Source: Bacteroidales bacterium
GTDB lineage: Bacteria > Bacteroidota > Bacteroidia > Bacteroidales > WCHB1-69
Assembly (NCBI GenBank): GCA_017506175.1
Contig: JAFVNW010000011.1
Location: 20,227 to 84,226 of the forward strand
DNA length: 64,000 bases
Direction: 5' to 3'
A model generated the notes under the pieces. It did not search any database, had not been told where the DNA came from, and was given only the letters and a program-made list of their open reading frames with translations. Shown here piece after piece: positions 56,346 through 64,000 of the stretch (its first letter is position 1; each line of letters opens with the position of its first letter). Made by a program: the position numbers and the translations under genes.

Positions 56346-57149
56346 ATGCGATTCATCACATCTCTACTAATTGTATTATTATTGTCAGGCTGCTATCGCG
56401 ACGACAAAGTCGTTGCGGAAGTGAACCGGCATAAATTGTACCTGTCGGAAGTCCGCGCCCAAATGCCCGACGGTCTGTCCGCCGAAGACAGCGCCCTCTT
56501 ATCGCAAAAAGTGATTGACGACTGGATTACGGAAGAACTCATTCTGGCTGAAGCTGAAAAAATACTATCCCCCAAAGAGAAAAACTTCAACCAGGAAATC
56601 GCTAATTATCGGCGGATGTTATTGAAACAGAGATACTTTGAAAAAATAACATCCAATCCTGAGCAATTCAAAGTGAGTGACGACGAAGTGAGAAAAGTCA
56701 TCCGGCAAACCGCAGGAAACGACATTGTGGAGAAGGAAATCGTGAAATTGAATTACGTGAAGCTCCACAAAAACTCCCCTATCTTGCAGAATATCAAGGA
56801 TATTTTATTTGACGACACTCGACGAATGAACGAGAAAGCGCAAATTGAAACGCTTTGCGCCGACACGATAGAATACTTCATTGAAGACAACAAATGGCTC
56901 TTCTGGGACGACATTCAAGCAGAAGTGGATATTGATTTCAATGCACAAAAGGCGAACAAACTGCCTCTCTGCTTTGACCAAACCATCGGCAACGACCGCT
57001 ATCTCATTGTCATTCTTGATTATAAATCGGAACAGACAGCCGAAGAGAACGATGAATACTTTGAAAGTGTTCGCACAATGCTGATTCAACAGAAGAAAAC
57101 CGCCTTCATCAATCAGGAAATTCAGAATTTAAAAAGCAAGAACAAATGA
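56346..57149 (+). CDS. Lipoprotein, SurA-N-terminal-like chaperone domain protein
   Basis: The start was moved to the ATG at 56346 (MRFITSLLIVLLLSGC lipobox; the track start is GTG). VVAEVNRHKLYLSEV... resembles SurA/PpiD N-terminal chaperone regions. The call is based on context next to the PPIase. Confidence 0.45.
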   Translation: MRFITSLLIVLLLSGCYRDDKVVAEVNRHKLYLSEVRAQMPDGLSAEDSALLSQKVIDDWITEELILAEAEKILSPKEKNFNQEIANYRRMLLKQRYFEKITSNPEQFKVSDDEVRKVIRQTAGNDIVEKEIVKLNYVKLHKNSPILQNIKDILFDDTRRMNEKAQIETLCADTIEYFIEDNKWLFWDDIQAEVDIDFNAQKANKLPLCFDQTIGNDRYLIVILDYKSEQTAEENDEYFESVRTMLIQQKKTAFINQEIQNLKSKNK

Positions 57150-58762
57150 TAAAAATTTCCCTTACTGCATTTTATATCATACTGATAATCAAATACATCG
57201 GATTTCAAATCGGTTTATGGGGCATTTTTGAAAAAGCCGGTGTAAAAGGTTGGAAATCGGTCATTCCGATCTATCGCTCATGGATTTGGCTCCGCCAGAT
57301 ACTGGACCGCCCGTGGTGGTGGATGATTCTGCTTTTGATACCGTTTCTCAACATTTTCATGGGCTACATGATGATTTGGAAGACCATCCGTCTATTCAAA
57401 AAAACCAGTTACCTGATTTTGATTCCGGGTACATTTTTCAACTTCATCTACCTGCCCTATCTGGGTTTTGCCAAGAAGGAGACACTGACTGCGTACAAGG
57501 ATTTGCCGGTTTTCAAGAAGAGCCCGTTGCGCGAGTGGGGCGATGCCATCATTTTTGCTGTGGCCGCCGCCTTCCTTTTCCGCACTTTCCTCTTTGAACT
57601 ATACGCCATCCCTACCTCCTCAATGGAGAGTTCCCTAATGGTGGGCGACTACCTCGCCGTGAGCAAATTCCACTTCGGAGGACGCGTCCCGCAGACCGTT
57701 TTCTCCGTGCCGTTCATGCACAACACGCTGGCAGGAACCAAACAGACACCCAGTTTTGTGGATTGGGTACAACTCCCCTACTACCGTTTCCCCGCTTTGC
57801 ACAAAGTGAAAAACAACGACCCGATAGTCTTCAACTATCCCGATGGTGACACTGTGGCGCTGGAGCGGCAGGCAGAAAGCTACTATGCCATTGTGCGCGA
57901 GTTTGAAGCCATCCTCAACCCGAATGCAACGGATGCCGAAAAAATGATGATTGCCCGCCGCTACGCACCGGAAGAGATGGCCAGTATTCGCGCTCAATAC
58001 GGGAACCAGCTCTACCACCCCGGCCTTGGACGCGAGGTAGTGAAAAAAATCTACACCGTACAAGCACGCCCCGTTGACAAACGCGAAAACTACGTGAAAC
58101 GCTGCGTAGGACTGCCCGGCGACAAATTAGCCGTCATAAACGGGCAACTCTTCATCAATGACAAAGCCGCCGAGAACCCGAAAAACATGCAATTTTCATA
58201 CGAATGCGACGTTCCGCTCTCCAAGAAAGCTCTTAAGAACTTGAATATCAACGAAGAAGATGGAAGCATGACATACGGCATCTACTGTTTGAACAAAGAA
58301 CAGAAAAATTCTATCGAAAAAATGGGGCATAAACTCAAATGCCGCATGGATGGAAACGACTACGATGCAGCCATCTTTCCTCACGATCCCCGCTACCCGT
58401 GGAACAAGGACAATTTCGGTCCGCTCCTCATCCCGCAAAAGGGCGTTACCGTTGAGTTAAATGATTCAACCATCGTACTTTACGAAAAAATCATCCGCAA
58501 TTACGAATTGAATGATTTGAGGGTGACGGACGGGAAAATCTACATTAACGGGAAAGTGGCCACCTCCTATACCTTCCAACAAAACTACTATTTCATGATG
58601 GGCGACAACCGCCACAACTCCGCCGACTCCCGCTACTGGGGCTTCGTGCCCGAAGACCACATCGTGGGCAAACCCGTCCTCGTATGGCTATCACTTGACA
58701 AGTTCAAGAAGTGGGGCGACGGCAAAATCCGCTGGAGCAAGATGTTCAGAACGATTAAATAA
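57146..58762 (+). CDS. lepB: Signal peptidase I with N-terminal membrane extension
   Basis: 538 aa. The catalytic Ser box is PTSSMESSLMVGDYL, followed by YVKRCVGLPGD and GDNRHNSADSRYWGFVP. The N-terminal ~120 aa (IFEKAGVKGWKSVIPIYRSWIWL..PWWW) is a DUF5684-like module often fused to Bacteroidota LepB. The start overlaps the upstream stop as ATGA. Confidence 0.88.
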   Translation: MIKISLTAFYIILIIKYIGFQIGLWGIFEKAGVKGWKSVIPIYRSWIWLRQILDRPWWWMILLLIPFLNIFMGYMMIWKTIRLFKKTSYLILIPGTFFNFIYLPYLGFAKKETLTAYKDLPVFKKSPLREWGDAIIFAVAAAFLFRTFLFELYAIPTSSMESSLMVGDYLAVSKFHFGGRVPQTVFSVPFMHNTLAGTKQTPSFVDWVQLPYYRFPALHKVKNNDPIVFNYPDGDTVALERQAESYYAIVREFEAILNPNATDAEKMMIARRYAPEEMASIRAQYGNQLYHPGLGREVVKKIYTVQARPVDKRENYVKRCVGLPGDKLAVINGQLFINDKAAENPKNMQFSYECDVPLSKKALKNLNINEEDGSMTYGIYCLNKEQKNSIEKMGHKLKCRMDGNDYDAAIFPHDPRYPWNKDNFGPLLIPQKGVTVELNDSTIVLYEKIIRNYELNDLRVTDGKIYINGKVATSYTFQQNYYFMMGDNRHNSADSRYWGFVPEDHIVGKPVLVWLSLDKFKKWGDGKIRWSKMFRTIK

Positions 58763-58782
58763 CCGATTACTGTTGACTAAAA

Positions 58783-60363
58783 GTGGCTTCTACATTCAAA
58801 ATACCACATACCTTCACAATTGTCTTTTGCATTGTAATTGCCTGTGCAATACTTACTTGGATTGTACCAGGTGGGGAATTCGTGCGCGATGATGCGGGCA
58901 ACGTGATTGCTGATTCCTATCATCGAGTAGATAGCCAACCGCAGACGTGGCAAATTTTCACGGCTTTCTATGCCGGGTTCCAGAAAGCGGCCAACATCAT
59001 CGTGTTCATTCTGATGATAGGAGGTGCATTCTGGGTTCTGAATACCACCAATGCCATCAACGTCGGGATTTACTCATTCTTGGGATTCACAGAAAAACTA
59101 CAACACAACAAAGTAATGAAAGCCATCGGGGTAAACAACCTCGTCATCATTCTTATCATGCTGATGTTCAGTGCATTCGGGGCGATTTTCGGAATGAGCG
59201 AAGAGACGCTGGCATTCATGGTGATTTTTGTACCGTTAGCCATCTCCATGGGCTACGACTCGATTACGGGGGTGCTGATGTGCTATGTGGCGGCACATGT
59301 AGGCTTTGCCGGCGCCATCTTCAACCCGTTCACCATCGGAATTGCACAGGGGCTCTCAGGGTTGCAACCCTTCTCCGGATTGGAATACCGTTGTCTCTGC
59401 TGGCTCATCCTCACCACCATCGCCATCGTCTTCACTCTGATTTATGCCGCGCGGGTCAAGAAGAACCCGCAAAAGTCATTTATGTACGAGCTGGATGCCT
59501 ACTGGCGCGACAAGGTGGTTAAAAACGAAGAGGTGAAATCGCAAAAGTCAACGGTTGCCACGTGGGTGGTTTATGGGGTGGTTGCCGGGCTGATGATTTT
59601 CCTCGCTTTCCGTTTCCCGCAAACGCAGATCACCATTGGAAACGGGCACTACGAATTGATTCTTTTTCCCATTATTTCAGTGATTTACATAGCGTTGGGG
59701 TTTTACGCTGCGTATAAATCCGTACATGGTTTCATTCTCACGCTGCTGCTGCTCACCATTGTCATGCTGGTGGTGGGCGTCTTGGGATACGGTTGGTATG
59801 TAGGTGAAATTGCCGGGTTATTCTTCGCGATGGGCCTGGCTGCCGGACTTGCCTTCAACACCCGCTTCGACCGACTCATCCGCCAGTTCTTGGAAGGGTG
59901 CGGCGATATGCTGACTCCTGCCTTAGTGGTGGGCATCGCGGGCGGCATCATCATCATCCTGCAAGATGGAAAAATCATCGACACCATCCTTTACGGTGCA
60001 TCCAACCTGATGGCCGATACCGGAAAAGAGGGCGCTGTGGGCGGCATGTACTTGATACAAAACCTGTTGAATTTAATTATTCCTTCCGGCTCCGCCAAGG
60101 CCGCACTCACCATCCCCATGATGGCTGAATTTTCCGACCTGATGGGAATCTCACGCCAAATCAACGTGCTCGCATTCCAATTCGGCGATGGGTTCACCAA
60201 TATGATCACCCCAACCTCGGGCGTTCTCATCGGTGCCCTCGGCATCGCCCGCATCCCCTACGCCAAATGGGCAAAATTTATTTTTCCTTTCATCCTAATC
60301 CTGATAATTATAGGATTTTTGTTACTTTTGCCGACCATTTATTTACCTCTCAACGGATTTTAA
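58783..60363 (+). CDS. YfcC-family (DcuC-like) putative anion/amino-acid transporter
   Basis: 526 aa polytopic membrane protein. The N-terminus FKIPHTFTIVFCIVIACAILTWIVP is typical of the YfcC family. The start is apparently GTG, with no in-frame ATG nearby. Confidence 0.7.
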   Translation: MASTFKIPHTFTIVFCIVIACAILTWIVPGGEFVRDDAGNVIADSYHRVDSQPQTWQIFTAFYAGFQKAANIIVFILMIGGAFWVLNTTNAINVGIYSFLGFTEKLQHNKVMKAIGVNNLVIILIMLMFSAFGAIFGMSEETLAFMVIFVPLAISMGYDSITGVLMCYVAAHVGFAGAIFNPFTIGIAQGLSGLQPFSGLEYRCLCWLILTTIAIVFTLIYAARVKKNPQKSFMYELDAYWRDKVVKNEEVKSQKSTVATWVVYGVVAGLMIFLAFRFPQTQITIGNGHYELILFPIISVIYIALGFYAAYKSVHGFILTLLLLTIVMLVVGVLGYGWYVGEIAGLFFAMGLAAGLAFNTRFDRLIRQFLEGCGDMLTPALVVGIAGGIIIILQDGKIIDTILYGASNLMADTGKEGAVGGMYLIQNLLNLIIPSGSAKAALTIPMMAEFSDLMGISRQINVLAFQFGDGFTNMITPTSGVLIGALGIARIPYAKWAKFIFPFILILIIIGFLLLLPTIYLPLNGF

Positions 60364-60368
60364 AAACC

Positions 60369-61259
60369 ATGAAAACAAGTCGGCTTTGCATCATCATACT
60401 TTTGACTGTCATCACCTTTCCGCTTTATTCTCAGAACGACAACTACTACTTCTACCACTATTATGAAGCATGGGAAGGCGGTGTTGACTTCGGCGTGAAC
60501 TCCTTTTTTGGCGATGTGAATGACAACACCAACAAAATTTTTCCCGCCACACCATTCCAAGCATCCTTCTATAAAAACCGGCATTTTGTTATCGGGGGCT
60601 ATTTCGGCAAAAGAATGACCCCGTTCTGGACCTTGGCCGTTGAATTCAAGTTGGCCAACGTATCCGGCAAAGACAAGTACACCTCACGGGAGTTCAAGTC
60701 CTATTTGAATAACGAAATCGTGATTTCCAACACGTTAGACATTCTATCGATGTGCAATTTGGATACCAAATGGGCTGTTTATCCCAAAATCGGCTTCGGG
60801 CTGTACGGTTTCCGCAGCACATTATGGGATATGGGGACCGGAGAAATACGCACTTACCCCGATAACTACGAGACCATCTACTCCAGTCTGAGCCCTGCAC
60901 CCAAACCCAAGGGCTATCGGTACACTTTTGGAATGCCCGTCGGCATTGGCGGCAGTTTCCGCCCGATTCCTGAATTGCGCATCTTCTTGGAAACCGGCAT
61001 TACCTGGATTGCCTCCGACTATGTGGATGTGGTTCTGGGCGAACGCAGTTTCGAAGGCGTTTGGAACACCGTGATTGGCATCAGCTATCAGTTTGATTTT
61101 CCTGTAGTTAGAGGCGGTAATCCACGCAGTAACACCGCCAACGATGCACTGAAGGATGACGGGGTGACCAAACAGTACAAAAAAATGCGCTACCGTTCCA
61201 ACTTGGGCACTGGAAAACCGCGCTACAGCAAGAGCAGCGCCATGAAAAAGCACAAATAG
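60369..61259 (+). CDS. Putative outer-membrane beta-barrel protein with basic C-terminal tail
   Basis: The start was moved to the ATG at 60369 (MKTSRLCIIILLTVITFPLYSQ signal peptide). Alternating aromatic/hydrophobic beta-strand patterns end with VIGISYQF, followed by a Lys/Arg-rich tail. Confidence 0.5.
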   Translation: MKTSRLCIIILLTVITFPLYSQNDNYYFYHYYEAWEGGVDFGVNSFFGDVNDNTNKIFPATPFQASFYKNRHFVIGGYFGKRMTPFWTLAVEFKLANVSGKDKYTSREFKSYLNNEIVISNTLDILSMCNLDTKWAVYPKIGFGLYGFRSTLWDMGTGEIRTYPDNYETIYSSLSPAPKPKGYRYTFGMPVGIGGSFRPIPELRIFLETGITWIASDYVDVVLGERSFEGVWNTVIGISYQFDFPVVRGGNPRSNTANDALKDDGVTKQYKKMRYRSNLGTGKPRYSKSSAMKKHK

Positions 61260-61358
61260 ACATTGACCTCTTTTCCAGGGTTGTTTTTTGAGGAAAGTGA
61301 CGCAAACTTTTTCTTCAAAAAACCTCATTTTCGGCTTGGTTTGTGCCAATTAAATTTG

Positions 61359-61366
61359 TATTTTTG
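61359..61366 (+). promoter_or_regulatory. -7 box TATTTTTG (tandem with TAAATTTG at 61351-61358) for rpiB operon
   Basis: Matches TAnnTTTG, 25 nt upstream of the ATG at 61391. Confidence 0.5.
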
Positions 61367-61390
61367 CAAGTTTTGTAAAAAGTGCATTTT

Positions 61391-61819
61391 ATGAAAGTAC
61401 ATATTGCCTCCGACCATGCCGGATATGAATTGAAAGAAGCCGTCAAACAACATTTTTCCATGGGTTATGAGTGGGAAGATCACGGGACATTTTCAACGGA
61501 AAGCGTTGATTATCCAGACTTTGCGCATCCGTTAGCCGATGCGGTCTCCAAGGATGTTACTGCACGTGGAATCCTGATTTGCGGAACCGGCAACGGAGTC
61601 GCCATCACCGCTAACAAGCATGCCAACGTGCGCGCGGCCCTCTGCTGGAATCATGACATCGCCGCCCTCGCTCGTCAGCACAACGATGCCAACGTGCTCG
61701 CCCTTCCCGCCCGCTTCATCGACCAAGCCACCGCCTTCGACCTCATCTCCACCTTTTTCAACACCTCCTTCGAAGGAGGCCGCCACGAAAGAAGAGTCAG
61801 CAAAATTAACATCCAATAG
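61391..61819 (+). CDS. rpiB: Ribose-5-phosphate isomerase B
   Basis: MKVHIASDHAGYELKE..., GILICGTGNGVAITANK and NDANVLALPARF are canonical RpiB/LacAB motifs. The start was moved from the GTG at 61382 to the ATG at 61391. Confidence 0.92.
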   Translation: MKVHIASDHAGYELKEAVKQHFSMGYEWEDHGTFSTESVDYPDFAHPLADAVSKDVTARGILICGTGNGVAITANKHANVRAALCWNHDIAALARQHNDANVLALPARFIDQATAFDLISTFFNTSFEGGRHERRVSKINIQ

Positions 61820-61821
61820 CC

Positions 61822-62910
61822 ATGGAAATTTCTCAAAACGTTGACCTGGAGTTTATTAAGACGCGAGCCTACATCGCCCGTCATTCCTATATCGAAGATA
61901 TGGGAAACCAACTCCCCGCCTTCGAGAAAAAACTGATGGGCAAAAATTTCAAGGTCTATTGGGCCTCCACCCAAGACGATCTCGTCAGTATGATGTTCGA
62001 GCTTTTTCCGAACAAACTCTACAACCGCATCTGTTTCGACATCCCCAAAATCCCTGAAAATTTCAGCAACACAAAGGTCGTACAGAAAATCTCCGTGGCC
62101 GAACTTGAAAACGGTCAGGCAAACGCCAACATCCTTGTCACACAGGCGGATTTCGGCGTGGTGGAAACCGGCTCCCTCGTACTGCTCAACAAAAACTGCA
62201 AAAACTGCTTCAATCTCGTCACCAATATTTTCATCATATTAGATATCAGTAAGTTAGTAAACAAACTTTCCGAATTGGAAACCATCCTCTACTTGCGTTC
62301 CTTCTATCAGACCGAAAAATTCCTTCCAGAGGACGTGAAGATCATCAATCGTCCTTTCATGCGTATTGAAAAAAGCAAAATCGTGGGCTTGGACGAATTT
62401 GAAAGCCAAGAAGTACAGATTCACGTTTTCCTCTACGACAATGGCGTTACCAAGATATTGTCCGACAGCAAATTGCGCAATTCCCTCTACTGCATCGGCT
62501 GCGGAAAATGCAAGAGCGTATGCCCAGTTTACAACTACACCAAAGAACATTCCCCCATTGATTTGGTAAAGGCGAACTGCTTCGAGGAAGAGCGCCTCGC
62601 CGGGAACATATTCAAAAGCACCCTCCTTTGCGGCAACTGCGATCAGGTGTGCCCCGTGCAAGTCCCTTTCACTGATTTGCTCATCAGCGAAATGCAAATG
62701 TCGCGCAAAGAACGGAAGGACAATAGCGGCCATGCCAAAGTTTTTGCCAAGAGAAAGAAACTCAACAAGATGAGCAAAGGCCTCAACCGCTATTTCTTCC
62801 TCAAGAAACAGTACGGCGCTAACCGTATGCTCTATAATTACTTCAAGAACCAAAAAGGGGCATTCTACAATTTGAAATGGCTCCAAGAACATCAGGAAAA
62901 TGAACAGTAA
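61822..62910 (+). CDS. LutB-like protein: LUD domain fused to 2x[4Fe-4S] ferredoxin motifs
   Basis: 362 aa. The LUD core is ANILVTQADFGVVETGSLVLL...NIFIILDISKLV. The cluster motifs are CIGCGKCKSVCPVYN and CGNCDQVCPVQVP. It starts 2 nt after the rpiB stop. Confidence 0.65.
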   Translation: MEISQNVDLEFIKTRAYIARHSYIEDMGNQLPAFEKKLMGKNFKVYWASTQDDLVSMMFELFPNKLYNRICFDIPKIPENFSNTKVVQKISVAELENGQANANILVTQADFGVVETGSLVLLNKNCKNCFNLVTNIFIILDISKLVNKLSELETILYLRSFYQTEKFLPEDVKIINRPFMRIEKSKIVGLDEFESQEVQIHVFLYDNGVTKILSDSKLRNSLYCIGCGKCKSVCPVYNYTKEHSPIDLVKANCFEEERLAGNIFKSTLLCGNCDQVCPVQVPFTDLLISEMQMSRKERKDNSGHAKVFAKRKKLNKMSKGLNRYFFLKKQYGANRMLYNYFKNQKGAFYNLKWLQEHQENEQ

Positions 62911-64000
62911 CAGGGAATTCATTCACGGGAAAATTCGCGAGTTCATCCGCAAATACTACCTTAACAAATTGTTGAAGGGTGCAATCCTGTTTGTAATCAT
63001 CACGCTTCTCGTGTTCATCGCATACGCGGTATTGGAATACTTTTCTTACTTCAACAGCACCGTCCGCACCGTACTCTTCTTCTCCTACATCGCCCTCTTC
63101 GGCGCCACTTTCATCGCTTATATCGCCATCCCTTTGGCCAAACTGCTGGGAATGGGCAAGCAACTCACCAACGAACAAATCGCTGAAATCATCGGCAAAC
63201 ATTTCCCACAAATCGATGATAAACTACTGAATATCTTTCAGTTGGAACAAATGATTGACCGTGGCGACTACGCCAGCCTTGAACTTCTTTCCAAGGCAAT
63301 CGACACCAAAATCGACACCATCAAGCCTTTTCAATTCAGCAAAGCCATCCCGTTCAAAAAAACAGTCAAATACATCAAATGGGCCTTGATTCCGATTCTG
63401 CTCTTTATCGTCATTTTTGCCGTAAAAAGCGAAGTGTTCACCCAATCTTCCGAAAGAATCATCCATTACAACACCTACTACGAAAAACCCGCACCCTATT
63501 CATTTGACATTCAGAACGATAGACTTCAAACTTTCCAAAACGAAGAATTCGTACTACGCGTCAAAGTCAATGGCGAAGAGACTCCCAGCGCGATATATAT
63601 CGCCATCGGCAACAAGAAATACCAACTTGCAAAAGCCGACAACGTCCATTTCACCTACACCTTCAAAAATCTTCAGGCCAACACCGACTTCAACATCTTC
63701 ACTGACGAGGTGACCTCTCCCGAATACACACTGAAAGTGCTTCCGAAGCCCGTCATCATCAGCTATTCAATGACTTTGCACTACCCCGCCTACCTCCACA
63801 AGAACGACGAGACGGTAGATAACAACGGCGATGTAACCATCCCCGACGGCACCCAAATCACGTGGGCTTTCTACACCAAAAACACCCGGAATCTCTCATT
63901 CATTCTGCCTGACAAAACCGAGGTAATCAGCACTGACAAAGACATTTACAAAATCTCAAAGGTCGCCCGTACCTCCTTCGACTATGCCATCACCAACAAA
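62900..64000 (+). CDS. Large conserved membrane protein, N-terminal 367 codons (continues past the right window edge; family not confidently recognised)
   Basis: The ATG at 62900 is the first start after the in-frame TGA at 62873-62875, and the frame stays open to nt 64000, so it is absent from the ORF track. The translation begins MNSNREFIHGKIREFIRKYYLNKLLKGAILFVIITLLVFIAYAVLEYFSYFNSTVRTVLFFSYIALFGATFIAYIAIPLAKLLG... It has two N-terminal TM segments, a third TM at WALIPILLFIVIFAV, and then a beta-rich exported region. It overlaps the LutB-like gene by 11 nt. Confidence 0.7.
   Translation, partial: MNSNREFIHGKIREFIRKYYLNKLLKGAILFVIITLLVFIAYAVLEYFSYFNSTVRTVLFFSYIALFGATFIAYIAIPLAKLLGMGKQLTNEQIAEIIGKHFPQIDDKLLNIFQLEQMIDRGDYASLELLSKAIDTKIDTIKPFQFSKAIPFKKTVKYIKWALIPILLFIVIFAVKSEVFTQSSERIIHYNTYYEKPAPYSFDIQNDRLQTFQNEEFVLRVKVNGEETPSAIYIAIGNKKYQLAKADNVHFTYTFKNLQANTDFNIFTDEVTSPEYTLKVLPKPVIISYSMTLHYPAYLHKNDETVDNNGDVTIPDGTQITWAFYTKNTRNLSFILPDKTEVISTDKDIYKISKVARTSFDYAITNK

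Overview
This window is a core chromosomal region of a Bacteroidota (Bacteroidia-like) genome, densely packed with housekeeping genes. I found no convincing novel multi-gene system, and no mobile elements, integrases, CRISPR arrays, rRNA genes or recognisable defence genes. Gene order, left to right: (1) the 5' part of a giant SprB-repeat surface protein (minus strand, runs off the window, absent from the ORF track); (2) cdsA, a LUD-domain gene, ftsH and rsfS (minus); (3) two tandem paralogous T9SS-secreted trypsin-like proteases and a WbqC-like gene; (4) ftsZ-ftsA-ftsQ (minus, detached from any mur genes); (5) rpsF-rpsR-rplI; (6) small accessory genes (DUF2233-like, HAD, FISUMP lipoprotein, GlsB/YeaQ) and tRNA-Asn; (7) an M16 peptidase, an ECF sigma factor with a 4-TM partner, an OmpA-family lipoprotein, mutY, a COG2403 (cyclic-2,3-DPG-synthetase-like) gene and a T9SS S8 peptidase; (8) the classic tRNA-Thr / tuf / tRNA-Trp / secE-nusG-rplKAJL-rpoBC block, with murB inserted after tRNA-Trp; (9) an SDR plus GNAT-like pair; (10) tRNA-Gly followed by two rhomboid proteases and an EEP-family protein; (11) two small lipoproteins and a large T9SS type-B-CTD protein; (12) PPIases, lepB, a YfcC-family transporter, an outer-membrane beta-barrel candidate, rpiB, a LutB-like Fe-S protein, and the start of a large membrane protein that runs off the right edge (also absent from the ORF track). 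The unusual observations are small-scale: perfect Shine-Dalgarno sequences only in front of rpsR and rplI; non-canonical residues at normally invariant glycines of FtsZ and EF-Tu; broken dcw and str-cluster synteny; a GC-rich island in the ftsQ/rpsF intergenic region; a promoter-overlapping 23-bp palindrome before secE; an 876-codon stop-free antisense frame in the M16 gene; and a few poorly understood gene pairs. Many ORF-track entries are antisense shadows. Several starts were moved to internal ATGs, supported by the Bacteroidota TAnnTTTG -7 promoter motif.
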